Positions 6,795 to 15,258 of a stretch of 33,099 bases of DNA are shown piece after piece (position 1 is the first letter of the stretch; every line of letters begins with the position of its first letter). The notes beneath the pieces were generated by a model. That model was not told the origin of the DNA. It did not search any database and saw only the letters and a program-made list of their open reading frames with translations. This DNA comes from Thermoanaerobaculia bacterium (lineage in GTDB: Bacteria > Acidobacteriota > Thermoanaerobaculia > Multivoradales > JAIOJS01). Both the position numbers and the translations under genes were made by a program. The stretch covers positions 1 through 33,099 of the forward strand of contig DASYUP010000440.1 in NCBI GenBank assembly GCA_036001185.1, written 5' to 3'.

Positions 6795-9156
6795 GCGGCC
6801 CGCCCGCCGGTCTGGCTGCGCGCCGCGTCCGCTCGATCGCCAGCAGCGACAGCAGGACGCCGGCGGCCGCCAGCGCGAGACCCCACCTCCAGCCGGCGGG
6901 ACGGTAGTCGAGCCGCACGCGGTGCCGTCCCGGCGGCGCCACGAAGCCGAGGAAGCCGCCGTTGACGCGGAGCGCCGGCACCGGCTCGCCGTCGATATCG
7001 ACGCGCCAGCCGCGTGCGTGGCTGACGCTCGAGGCCACGAGGCAGCCGCCGGGCGACTCCACCTCGAGACGGAAGCCGTTGGCGTCGATGCGGCGCAGGA
7101 CGACGCCGCCACCGACCTCCGCCTCGCGCCCCGGCGCCGCCGCGAGCGGCCGCTCGACGACGGCGAGCGCGGCGAAGTCGCGATTGGCGGCGGCGTGAGC
7201 AATGGCCAGGGACTGGCTCGCCACCACCTCGACGCGGCGCGGAGCGAAGAAGAGCGGCAGCGCCGCCCGGTTCTCCCACAGGCGGTCGCTCCCCCGCTGC
7301 CACACGGGCCGCCAGGGCGCCGGCAGAGGGAGGGCCCGGTCGGCGAGCAGGTAACGCACACCGAGGTAGTCGAGGGCCGGCTGCGCCGGCGGCTCCCCGC
7401 CGCCGCCCGCGGCCACGACTGCACCGGGCTGGAGCAGCGTCAGGAATCCCTCGCGTGGTGACTGCCAGGCGCGCGCGAGCACCTCCTGCGGCGCCCAGGG
7501 GGCCATCGGATCGTAGACCCGCGCGTCGGCGAGCCCGTAGAGAGCGGCGAGGTTGGGCAACAGGGCCGGCCCGACGGCAGCGACGCGGAACGGCGGCGCA
7601 CCCCGTCGGGCCGCGAGCAGCCGCGCCACCGCCGGCGGCGCGCCGAGGTCCTCGTCCCCCGGCACCAGCGGATTGAAGCGCACGCCGAGCAGCAGCAGGT
7701 CGAGGAGGGTGAGCGAGACGATCACCGCCGGAAAGGCCCGCCGCGCCCGCGGCACCAGCAGCGTCGCCGCGGCGACAGCGCAGCCCGGGACGGCGGCCAC
7801 CCACCAGAGCCGCTGCCAGAGCGCGCGCTGCGGCGGATAGAGCGTGCCGAGGACGGCGGCGACGAGCAGCGCGCCGGTGGCGAGCCACCGCCCGCGCCGC
7901 TCGGCGGGCAGCCGCTCGAGCGCCAGGCCGGCAGCCACGGCGAGGGCCAGCACCGCCAGCAGGCGCAGCCGCGGCAGCTGCAACAGCCGTAGCAGCGGCA
8001 GGTGGTGGACGACGGCCGCCAGCGGCGGCCAGCCGAAGGCGACGGCGAGCGCCACCACCCCGGCCAGCGCCCACCCCCGCCCGCGCCCGCCGGCGAGGCC
8101 GCCGGCGAGAGCCACCGTCAGGGCAGCGAGCCCGATCCAGGCGGTGCAGAGCTCGCTGTAGTTGGCGGGGGTCCACCACCAGTTGTCGTCGCGCGGGCTG
8201 CCGAAGGCCAGCGGGTCCACCAGCACGCGCAGCTCGACGCCGTGCCACTCGCGCAGCGGCGCGGCGCCACCCAGCGAAGCCAGCAGCACGCCACGCTGGC
8301 TCTCGGGGGCCGCCTCGACGAACGGCAGCAGGCCCGGCGCGGTGAGCAGCCCGACGAGCAACGCGGCGAAGCCGAGCCGCGCCGCGAAGCTCCCGCGTGC
8401 CTCTCGCGTGGTCACCAGCAGCGCGGCGGCGAGCAGCGCGGCAGCGAGGGCCGTCTGCAGCAGGCTCTCCGGATGGCCCGCGAGCGCCGCGCCGGCCCCA
8501 CAGGTCACCAGCGCCGGCAGCGCGTGCCGCTGCCGGCGGTGCAGCGAGACGATCCCCAGCAGCACCCCCGGCAGCCATGCGGCCGCCATGCCCATCGGGT
8601 AGTAGGCCCAGACGACGAGGAACGACGAGAGCCCGTAGCCGACGGCGGCGAGCGCGGCGCCCGCCGGCCCGGCGCCGAGCGACCGCAGCAGCGCGTGCGT
8701 CAACAGCAGGGCGAGCAGCATCTGCCAGGCGGCAGTGACGGTGAGGGCGCGCACCGGCGGCAGGGGCGATGCCAGCAGGTGGAGCGGCGCGAAGGCCGCC
8801 GACTGGCCGTTGCCGAGCAGCGGCTGGCCGCTGCTCAGCTCGTGCGCCCACAGCGGCGCCCGCCCGCGCAGCAGCCGCTCGCGCACCAGGGCGCGGAAGG
8901 GCACCATCATCATCGGCACGTCCGAGAGCAGCTCGTTGCGCGGCCGCTCGGGCGGCGGTCGTGTCTCCGACCAGGGGCTGCGCGCGTAGGCGACGTCGCT
9001 CGCCACCTGCAGCGCCGGCGTCAGGAGGGCGCCACCGAAGAAGCCGCCGGCGAGCAGCAGGTAGGCGCCGGCGGCACGCCAGCTCGGCGCCGGCTGCCAG
9101 CCGCGGACGAGGGCGGCGAGCAGGGCGCCGCCCAGCGCGAAGACGACGACATCCAT
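6772..9156 (-). CDS. YfhO-like polytopic membrane protein (794 aa), paralogue 2
   Basis: Shares long strings with 3569..5935: MMVPFRALVRERLLRGRAPLWAHELSSGQPLLGNGQSAAFAPLHL, and the C-terminal RVNGGFLGFVAPPGRHRVRLDYRPAGWRWGLALA. Same architecture. Confidence 0.7.
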   Translation of the reverse strand: MDVVVFALGGALLAALVRGWQPAPSWRAAGAYLLLAGGFFGGALLTPALQVASDVAYARSPWSETRPPPERPRNELLSDVPMMMVPFRALVRERLLRGRAPLWAHELSSGQPLLGNGQSAAFAPLHLLASPLPPVRALTVTAAWQMLLALLLTHALLRSLGAGPAGAALAAVGYGLSSFLVVWAYYPMGMAAAWLPGVLLGIVSLHRRQRHALPALVTCGAGAALAGHPESLLQTALAAALLAAALLVTTREARGSFAARLGFAALLVGLLTAPGLLPFVEAAPESQRGVLLASLGGAAPLREWHGVELRVLVDPLAFGSPRDDNWWWTPANYSELCTAWIGLAALTVALAGGLAGGRGRGWALAGVVALAVAFGWPPLAAVVHHLPLLRLLQLPRLRLLAVLALAVAAGLALERLPAERRGRWLATGALLVAAVLGTLYPPQRALWQRLWWVAAVPGCAVAAATLLVPRARRAFPAVIVSLTLLDLLLLGVRFNPLVPGDEDLGAPPAVARLLAARRGAPPFRVAAVGPALLPNLAALYGLADARVYDPMAPWAPQEVLARAWQSPREGFLTLLQPGAVVAAGGGGEPPAQPALDYLGVRYLLADRALPLPAPWRPVWQRGSDRLWENRAALPLFFAPRRVEVVASQSLAIAHAAANRDFAALAVVERPLAAAPGREAEVGGGVVLRRIDANGFRLEVESPGGCLVASSVSHARGWRVDIDGEPVPALRVNGGFLGFVAPPGRHRVRLDYRPAGWRWGLALAAAGVLLSLLAIERTRRAARPAGGPLSAAAPR

Positions 9157-9283
9157 GGGACCGACCGGTGGGCGCGCAATCTACCATCGGCGTCGTCGCC
9201 CAGCCCGCTGGTACACTCCCCCGCCACCCTGCGGCCGGCCCGTCGCACGGCCGCGGCTCACCACACCCCGGAGGCTCCCCTCG

Positions 9284-10849
9284 ATGCTCCCAGCCCGTCG
9301 CGCGCTGCTCTCGGTGTCGGACAAGACGGACCTCGCCGGCTTCGGGCGCGGGCTCGTCGAGCTCGGCGTCGAGCTGCTCTCTACCGGCGGCACCTACCAG
9401 CACCTCGCCGCCGCCGGTGTGCCGGTGACCAAGGTGGCCGCGGTGACCGGCTTCCCCGAGATCCTCGACGGGCGGGTGAAGACCCTCCACCCGCGCATCC
9501 ACGGCGGCATCCTCGCCGACCGCAGCAAGCCGGCGCACCTCGCCGCGCTCGCCGAGCACGGCATCGAGCGCATCGACCTGGTGGCAGTCAACCTCTACCC
9601 GTTTCGCGAGACCGTACGCGACCCGGCGACGACGCTCGAGGCGGGCATCGAGCAGATCGACATCGGCGGGCCCACCATGGTGCGGGCGGCGGCGAAGAAC
9701 TTCGCCGGCGTGGCGATCGTCGTCGACCCCGCGGACTACCCCGCCGTGCTCGCCGCCCTGCGCGCGGGCGGCGGCGTGGTGCCCGAGCCGCTACGCCGCA
9801 CCCTGGCCGCCAAGGCCTTCGCCCACACGCAGAGCTACGACGCCGCCATTGCCCGCTGGCTGGGTGAACGCGCGGCGGCGCCGGCGGACGCCGGCGGCGA
9901 CGGGCCGTTCCCCCAGCATCTCGAGGTCTCGCTCGAGCGCGAGATCCTGCCGCGCTACGGTGAGAACCCGCACCAGGCCGCGGCGGTCTACCGCCTGGCC
10001 GACGGGCCGGGGCTGCTCGGCGGCATGCGGCAGCTGCAGGGCAAGCAGCTCTCCTGGAACAACGTGCTCGACGCCGACGCGGCGCGCCGGCTGGTCTCGC
10101 TGTTCGAGGCGCCGGCAGTCGTCATCGTCAAGCACAACAACCCCTGCGGCGTCGGCATCGGCGGCACCCTCGTCGAGGCCTACGAGCGCGCCCTCGCCTG
10201 CGACCCGACGTCGGCCTTCGGCTCGATTGTCGCCACCAACCGCGACGCCGACCTCGATTTCGTGGCGGCGATGAGCAAGCTGTTCGTCGAGGTGCTGGTG
10301 GCGCCGGGCTACGGCGAGGAAGCACTAGCGAAACTCGCGCCGAAGGAGAACCTGCGCGTGCTCGCCTGCCCGTTGCACGCCTGGCGCTCCGGCACCATCG
10401 AGCTGCGTGCCGTCGACGGCGGCTACCTGGCTCAGGAGCCCGACGACGCGCCCGAGGATCCCGCCACCTGGACCTGCCCGACGAGGCGGCAGCCGAGCGC
10501 GGCGGAGCGCGCGGCGCTGGAGCTCGCCTGGAAGGTCGTGCGCCACGTCAAGTCCAACGCCATCGTGCTCGCCAACGAGCACCAGACGGTGGGCGTCGGC
10601 GCCGGCCAGATGAGTCGCGTCGACTCCTGCCGGCTGGCGGTCGAGAAGGCGCAGTTGCCGGTGGCGGGAAGCGTGGCGGCCTCGGACGCGTTCTTCCCCT
10701 TCAGGGACGGTCTCGACGTCCTCGCCGCCGCCGGCATCACCGCCGTGGCGCAGCCCGGCGGCAGCAAGCGCGACGACGAGGTGATCGCCGCCGCCGACGA
10801 GCGAAGGATGGCCATGCTGATCACCGGCCGGCGCCACTTCAAGCACTGA
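9284..10849 (+). CDS. purH: Bifunctional AICAR formyltransferase / IMP cyclohydrolase
   Basis: MLPARRALLSVSDKTDLAGFGRGLVELGVELLSTGGTYQHLAAAGVPVTKVAAVTGFPEILDGRVKTLHPRIHGGILA ... VAQPGGSKRDDEVIAAADERRMAMLITGRRHFKH. The ATG at 9284 follows GGAGG (9270-9274). Confidence 0.95.
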   Translation: MLPARRALLSVSDKTDLAGFGRGLVELGVELLSTGGTYQHLAAAGVPVTKVAAVTGFPEILDGRVKTLHPRIHGGILADRSKPAHLAALAEHGIERIDLVAVNLYPFRETVRDPATTLEAGIEQIDIGGPTMVRAAAKNFAGVAIVVDPADYPAVLAALRAGGGVVPEPLRRTLAAKAFAHTQSYDAAIARWLGERAAAPADAGGDGPFPQHLEVSLEREILPRYGENPHQAAAVYRLADGPGLLGGMRQLQGKQLSWNNVLDADAARRLVSLFEAPAVVIVKHNNPCGVGIGGTLVEAYERALACDPTSAFGSIVATNRDADLDFVAAMSKLFVEVLVAPGYGEEALAKLAPKENLRVLACPLHAWRSGTIELRAVDGGYLAQEPDDAPEDPATWTCPTRRQPSAAERAALELAWKVVRHVKSNAIVLANEHQTVGVGAGQMSRVDSCRLAVEKAQLPVAGSVAASDAFFPFRDGLDVLAAAGITAVAQPGGSKRDDEVIAAADERRMAMLITGRRHFKH

Positions 10850-10857
10850 GAGCACCC

Positions 10858-11517
10858 ATGCGCGCCCGCACAGCCCTGCCGTTCCTGCTGCTCCTGCTGC
10901 TCGCCGGCGGAGTGCGCGCCGATTCGACGCCCGATCCCTGGGCGCTCCTTGGCAAGGCGCGCGCGCAGATGCAGCAAACCGGCGCCCAGCTGTGGAGCTT
11001 CCGCCAGACGTACCTCCCCACCGGCTTCGACCGCGGCGAGGAGGAGACCGGCCGGGTGGCCCTCGACCTGCCGCGCTGCGTGCGCTGGGACTACGACGAC
11101 CCGTACCCCAAGAGCTTCCTGCTCTGTGGCGAGAAGCTGTGGACCTGGAACCCCGGCGAGCCGGCGGGCCATATCTACGACCTCGACCAGGCGCAACCCG
11201 GCCTCGACCTCCTGCTGCTGGCGGTGGGTGACCTCGCCGAGCGGTACGACGCCAGGGCGCAACCCGCGGGCAACGCCATCCGCGTGCAGCTCGTCCCCAA
11301 AGTGGCAGCCAACCAGGCGGCTAGCGCCAACGTGCTGCGCGATGCCGCCATCCTGCTGGGCGCCGACGGCAGCGTGCGCGAGCTCACCTACCGCGACGCC
11401 GAGGGCAACCGCACCACCTTCCGCTTCGCCGATCGCCGGCCGTTACCCAACGGTACCGTCTTCACCCCGCCGGCGAACGTCAAGTGGCAGCGCGAAACGG
11501 GCGCCGATCACCCCTGA
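10858..11517 (+). CDS. LolA-like outer-membrane lipoprotein carrier family protein (219 aa)
   Basis: Signal peptide (LLLLLLAGGVRA|D). WSFRQTY...GRVALDLPRCVRWDYDDPYPKSFLLCGEKLWTWNPG follows the LolA pattern F.Q....G.l.l..P...RW.Y..P......dG..lw.Y.P. It starts 8 nt after the purH stop. Confidence 0.7.
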   Translation: MRARTALPFLLLLLLAGGVRADSTPDPWALLGKARAQMQQTGAQLWSFRQTYLPTGFDRGEEETGRVALDLPRCVRWDYDDPYPKSFLLCGEKLWTWNPGEPAGHIYDLDQAQPGLDLLLLAVGDLAERYDARAQPAGNAIRVQLVPKVAANQAASANVLRDAAILLGADGSVRELTYRDAEGNRTTFRFADRRPLPNGTVFTPPANVKWQRETGADHP

Positions 11518-11573
11518 GCCGCCGGCCGGCCCGGGCGGCGGGAGCGCCGGTGCCGCTGCGCTAGAATCGCGGC

Positions 11574-12260
11574 GTGCCTCGCGGCCGCCTCCCCCCCTCA
11601 GCCGTCCCCACCCTGGCGGCGCTGTTGCTGGCGCTGGTCCTGGTGCCCGGCTGCGCGGCGCACGCCAGCTTTGCCGGCCCGTCCGCGCGCTACAGCGCCG
11701 GCCAGTCGGTAACGGTGCAAGGGGTGGTCAACGACGGCGGTGGCCGTCCCCTCGGCGACCTGCGCGTCACCCTCGAGGCCTCGCGCCTGCGCTTCGCCGT
11801 CTACCCGTGGGGGACCCACAAGCGCGAGGTGGTCACCGGCAGCGCGCAGACGACGCCACGCGGCGAGTTCGGGCTGCAGTTCCCATGGAACGACCGCTTC
11901 AACCACTTCGAGCTGGTGGTGGGCGTGCCGGTCGCCACCGCCGGCGGCGAGGAGCTCCAGGAGCTGTCGCGGCAGGACATCACCCGCCGCGTGCTGCAGG
12001 GCAGCCCGGTGGCAGTGCCGGTGACGCTCGCCGACACCACCTTTCTCGACACCCTGCGCGACTTTCTCGGCTCGCTGCGCACCGCCGAGGAGCAGAAGGC
12101 CTACCGCGAGGGCGGCCGCCCGGATCGCGTCGATCGCGTCACCTACCCCGATCACCTGGAGACCGCCTGGTGGTACTTCCGCCAGGGCAAGGTCTATCGC
12201 TTCCGCGACGGCCACCTCGAGAAGGTCGAAACCTTCCCGCCGGTGTCGCCGGTGAGCTGA
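11574..12260 (+). CDS. Hypothetical lipoprotein with carboxypeptidase-regulatory-like beta-sandwich (228 aa)
   Basis: Lipobox LVLVPG|C. GQSVTVQGVVNDGGGRPLGDLRVTLEA is CarboxypepD_reg-like. The GTG start at 11574 is the only start that keeps the signal peptide, because an in-frame TAG lies at 11562. Confidence 0.65.
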   Translation: MPRGRLPPSAVPTLAALLLALVLVPGCAAHASFAGPSARYSAGQSVTVQGVVNDGGGRPLGDLRVTLEASRLRFAVYPWGTHKREVVTGSAQTTPRGEFGLQFPWNDRFNHFELVVGVPVATAGGEELQELSRQDITRRVLQGSPVAVPVTLADTTFLDTLRDFLGSLRTAEEQKAYREGGRPDRVDRVTYPDHLETAWWYFRQGKVYRFRDGHLEKVETFPPVSPVS

Positions 12261-12276
12261 GAGCGAGCCGGCGCCC

Positions 12277-13329
12277 GTGAACCCCCAGGCCGTCAACCCG
12301 CGCCTCTTCGAGCGCCGGCGCAAGGTGGCGCCGCCGTCGCCCGAGCGCTTCCTCGCCCTAGTGGCCGACAAGCTCGCCGCCACCGAGGGAGTCTTCCGCC
12401 GGCACCTCGGCTCCGACGTGCCGTTCATCCACCATGCCGGCGAGTACCTCGCCGGCAGCGGCGGCAAGCGCATGCGGCCCGCCCTGCTGCTGCTGGTGTC
12501 GCGCCTCCTGGGCCACGACGGCGACGAGGAGGTGACCTACGCCGCGGTGGTGGAGTTCATCCACACCGCGACGCTCATCCACGACGACGTCATCGACCAC
12601 GCCACCCTGCGCCGCGGCCAGACCACCATCAACGAGCTGTGGGGCAACAGCCTCACCGTGCTGCTCGGCGACTGGCTCTACACCAACGCCATGCGCATGG
12701 CGCTGTCGCACGGCAATCTCGAGGTGGTGCGCGAGCTGTGCGACGCCACTCTCAAGATGGTGGAGGGCGAGCTGCTGGCGCTGCAGCGGCTGGGCGCCAT
12801 CGATCTCACGGTCGACGAGTACTTCGGCATCATCGACCGCAAGACGGCGCACCTCTTCGCCGCCGCCTGCTCGGTGCCCTGCCTCATCACCCCGCTGCGC
12901 CCCGACCTGGCGATGGTGCCGGAGGTCGCGCGCCGCGCGCTGCAGCACTACGGCCGCAGCCTCGGCACCTGCTTCCAGCTGGTCGACGACCTGCTCGACT
13001 TCACCGCCTCCGAGGCCGAGCTCGGCAAGCCGGTGCTCTCCGACCTCAAGGAGGGCAAGCTCACCCTGCCGCTCATCCTGCTGCTGCCGCGGGTCGACGC
13101 CGGCGAGCGCCGGCTGGTGCAGCAGGTGCTCGAGGAGCGCGCCTTCGAGCGCGTCGCTCCCGAGCAGGTGCTGGAGATGGTCGGCCGCGAGGGCACCGTC
13201 GAGGAGGTCGAGGCGATGGCCCACGACTTCGCGGAGGAAGCGCGCGAGGCCCTCGACCCCTTCCCCCCCGGCGATGCCCGCGAGGCGCTCGAGCTGGCGC
13301 CCGACTTCGTGCTCAACCGCCGGCACTGA
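12277..13329 (+). CDS. Long-chain trans-polyprenyl diphosphate synthase (IspB-like)
   Basis: First DDxxD motif in ATLIHDDVIDHATLRRGQTTINELWG. Second in CFQLVDDLLDFTASEAELGKPVLSDLKEGKLTLP. GGKRMRP is also present. Confidence 0.9.
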   Translation: MNPQAVNPRLFERRRKVAPPSPERFLALVADKLAATEGVFRRHLGSDVPFIHHAGEYLAGSGGKRMRPALLLLVSRLLGHDGDEEVTYAAVVEFIHTATLIHDDVIDHATLRRGQTTINELWGNSLTVLLGDWLYTNAMRMALSHGNLEVVRELCDATLKMVEGELLALQRLGAIDLTVDEYFGIIDRKTAHLFAAACSVPCLITPLRPDLAMVPEVARRALQHYGRSLGTCFQLVDDLLDFTASEAELGKPVLSDLKEGKLTLPLILLLPRVDAGERRLVQQVLEERAFERVAPEQVLEMVGREGTVEEVEAMAHDFAEEAREALDPFPPGDAREALELAPDFVLNRRH

Positions 13330-15258
13330 CTACGGCGTGTTGCGCTCGTTGAGGATGGCGAGGGTGATGGTCGCCTGGTCGTCACCGAGGACGTAGCTGT
13401 TGGTGAGGTGCATGCTGGCGTTGGCGACGCCGCCCTCGGCGATGTCGAAGTTCTGCACCTGGTTGTCGTCCTCGTCGTCGCCGCCGCAGTCGTCGCTCTC
13501 GAACATCTTGCCGCGCACCTCGGCGACGACGCTGGCATCCGTCGGGTCGAGGGTCACCCGCACGTCGGTCTCCACCCGCACCTCGTCGCCGGTGCAGTTG
13601 GAGAAGTGGAAGTGGTGCTCGCGCTGGCCTGGATCTAGGACCACCGAATCTTCGAGCGAGTGGGTGCCGATCTCGTCGGAGCCGATGTTCTCGTAGTCCT
13701 TGATCCACACCGTGCCGCGCACGGTCACCCGCCGGTGGGCGCGGGAGTTGTCGGGCCGCGGCGGCGCCACCGGCGCCGTGAGGGTGAGGGTCAGCGCGTT
13801 GCCGGGGCCGGCGTGGACGTCGAAGGTCTGCAGGGCGGTGACCTCGCGCGGCGAGCCGGACTCGATCACCGTCTTGCTCGCCCTCACCTCGTAGCGGCCA
13901 CCGGGAAGCGCGATGAAGGCGGCGTGACCCGCGGCGTCGGTGAGCGCCGCCGGGAAACCGGAGATCGTCACCAGCGCGCTGGCTGCCGGGCTGCCACCGA
14001 AGAGGGTGGTGACAGTGACGTCGCCCGCGCCGGGGCTCTCGCCCCAGCGGTGGACGCGGGTGTATTCGCCCGGGCGGTAGGCCATGTCCTCGGCAAGGCC
14101 GTAGACCCCGGCCGGTGGCAGGTCCCAGCGGGTGAGGTCGTCGGGTGAGACGGCGATGCCGTCGCCGGGGTGCTTCCAGCGGTCGGAGTCCTTGGCGTCG
14201 GGCTCGCCGTCGAAGGCCATTCCCGGCTCGCTGCCGCACCAGTCGAAACCGAAGCAGTTGAGGATCTGGTTGGCGCCGTCGTCGGGGGCGTCGGTGAACA
14301 GGCGCCCCCACCAGCCGGACTTGGCGTAGAAGTCGTTGTAGATCTTCGTGTAGAAGAACTCGCCGGCCTGCTGTCGGTTGGCCTCGGGATAGACGAAGAG
14401 GCCGCGATGCGGAGCCGGCGCGTGCGGGCGATCCCCGCCCTCGACGGTGTCGTCCTCCACCGGCACGCCGGCCGCCACCGTCGAGCTCCAGGCGAGCTGC
14501 GAGCAGACGGTGCCGTCCGGCGCGTTGAGGTTGGCCCAGCCGGCGTCGGAGCCGGCGCGAGCGCCGGGGCCGGACCCGCGGCCGACGATGGCGGCGTCGC
14601 TGTAGGCGAAGAGGCGGTAGTGCCCGTGGATGGCCAGCGCCGCGTCGGCGATGCGCTGGAGGTTGGCGCGCACGGTGCGGCCGGTGCCTGGCACCACGGT
14701 CTCCTCCTGGTCGAAGGGGGGCTTCACCACCGCCGGATAGATCGGCGGCGCCTCCTCGTCGCAGCCCGCCGGATCGCGGTTGAACGACTTGAGGAGGTAG
14801 GTGCGACCGGGGTTTTCGGGATCGATCAGGTAGTGGCCCTCGTAGGCCTCGTCGATGCTCTCGGTGACGGTGCCCGGCCAGCCGAACTTGAGCACCGCGG
14901 GGGTGAAGCCGTCACTGCCGGCGGCATCGATGTAGCGCTGGTCGGCGGCGGTGGAGTGGCGCACGCGGGTGCCGTTGTCGACGATGACGCCGGAGTGCGA
15001 GTAGCGCTGGTTGGCGTCGACGTGGCGCAACAGCTCGCCGATGGTGCCGCAGCCGGGGCTGACGAGGAGGTTGCCCTTGGTGGCGTTGGCGATGTACGGA
15101 AGGCGGTAGTCGAACTCGTCGGTGGCCTGGCAGCTGATGCCGGGGCGCGGCTCGAATGCTCCCGGCGTGCAGATCTCGCCGAGCGGTTGGGGCTGGCTGG
15201 CGCGCGCCGCCAGCAGCAGGCAGGCGGCGAGCACGGTGGTGGTGGTGGTGGGTCGCAT
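13330..15258 (-). CDS. Secreted multidomain protein: permuted papain-like (YiiX/C92- or NlpC/P60-like) domain + CarboxypepD_reg-like domain + C-terminal beta domain (642 aa)
   Basis: Signal peptide MRPTTTTTVLAACLLLAARA|SQ. GNLLVSPGCGTIGELLRHVDANQRYSHSGVIVDNG (His codon 14995-14997) is followed about 160 aa later by DGTVCSQLAWSS (Cys codon 14503-14505). That His-before-Cys order is what circularly permuted papain-fold amidases show. ALPGGRYEVRASK is CarboxypepD_reg-like. The ATG at 15258 overlaps the upstream stop (TGATG); an alternative GTG lies at 15261. Confidence 0.6.
   Translation of the reverse strand: MRPTTTTTVLAACLLLAARASQPQPLGEICTPGAFEPRPGISCQATDEFDYRLPYIANATKGNLLVSPGCGTIGELLRHVDANQRYSHSGVIVDNGTRVRHSTAADQRYIDAAGSDGFTPAVLKFGWPGTVTESIDEAYEGHYLIDPENPGRTYLLKSFNRDPAGCDEEAPPIYPAVVKPPFDQEETVVPGTGRTVRANLQRIADAALAIHGHYRLFAYSDAAIVGRGSGPGARAGSDAGWANLNAPDGTVCSQLAWSSTVAAGVPVEDDTVEGGDRPHAPAPHRGLFVYPEANRQQAGEFFYTKIYNDFYAKSGWWGRLFTDAPDDGANQILNCFGFDWCGSEPGMAFDGEPDAKDSDRWKHPGDGIAVSPDDLTRWDLPPAGVYGLAEDMAYRPGEYTRVHRWGESPGAGDVTVTTLFGGSPAASALVTISGFPAALTDAAGHAAFIALPGGRYEVRASKTVIESGSPREVTALQTFDVHAGPGNALTLTLTAPVAPPRPDNSRAHRRVTVRGTVWIKDYENIGSDEIGTHSLEDSVVLDPGQREHHFHFSNCTGDEVRVETDVRVTLDPTDASVVAEVRGKMFESDDCGGDDEDDNQVQNFDIAEGGVANASMHLTNSYVLGDDQATITLAILNERNTP

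Noticed and set aside
9157-9283. Possible ZTP (pfl) riboswitch upstream of purH, a classic ZTP-regulated gene.
   Set aside because: I could not find the conserved 3' CCGCCUGGGC pseudoknot segment or the GGGUCGUGAC-type 5' subdomain on the plus strand. The closest string (GCGGGCTGGGCG) is on the wrong strand. A covariance-model scan (Rfam RF01750) would settle this.
3912-9867. Very long ORFs in the track (3912..7424 minus, 1170 aa; 4058..6907 plus, 949 aa; 6755..9559 minus, 934 aa; 8002..9867 plus, 621 aa).
   Set aside because: Their translations are Arg/Ala/Pro/Gly homopolymer-like with no motifs. They lie antisense or out of frame to the YfhO-like and purH genes, which have clear membrane or enzyme signatures. 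This is the typical stop-codon depletion of very GC-rich DNA.
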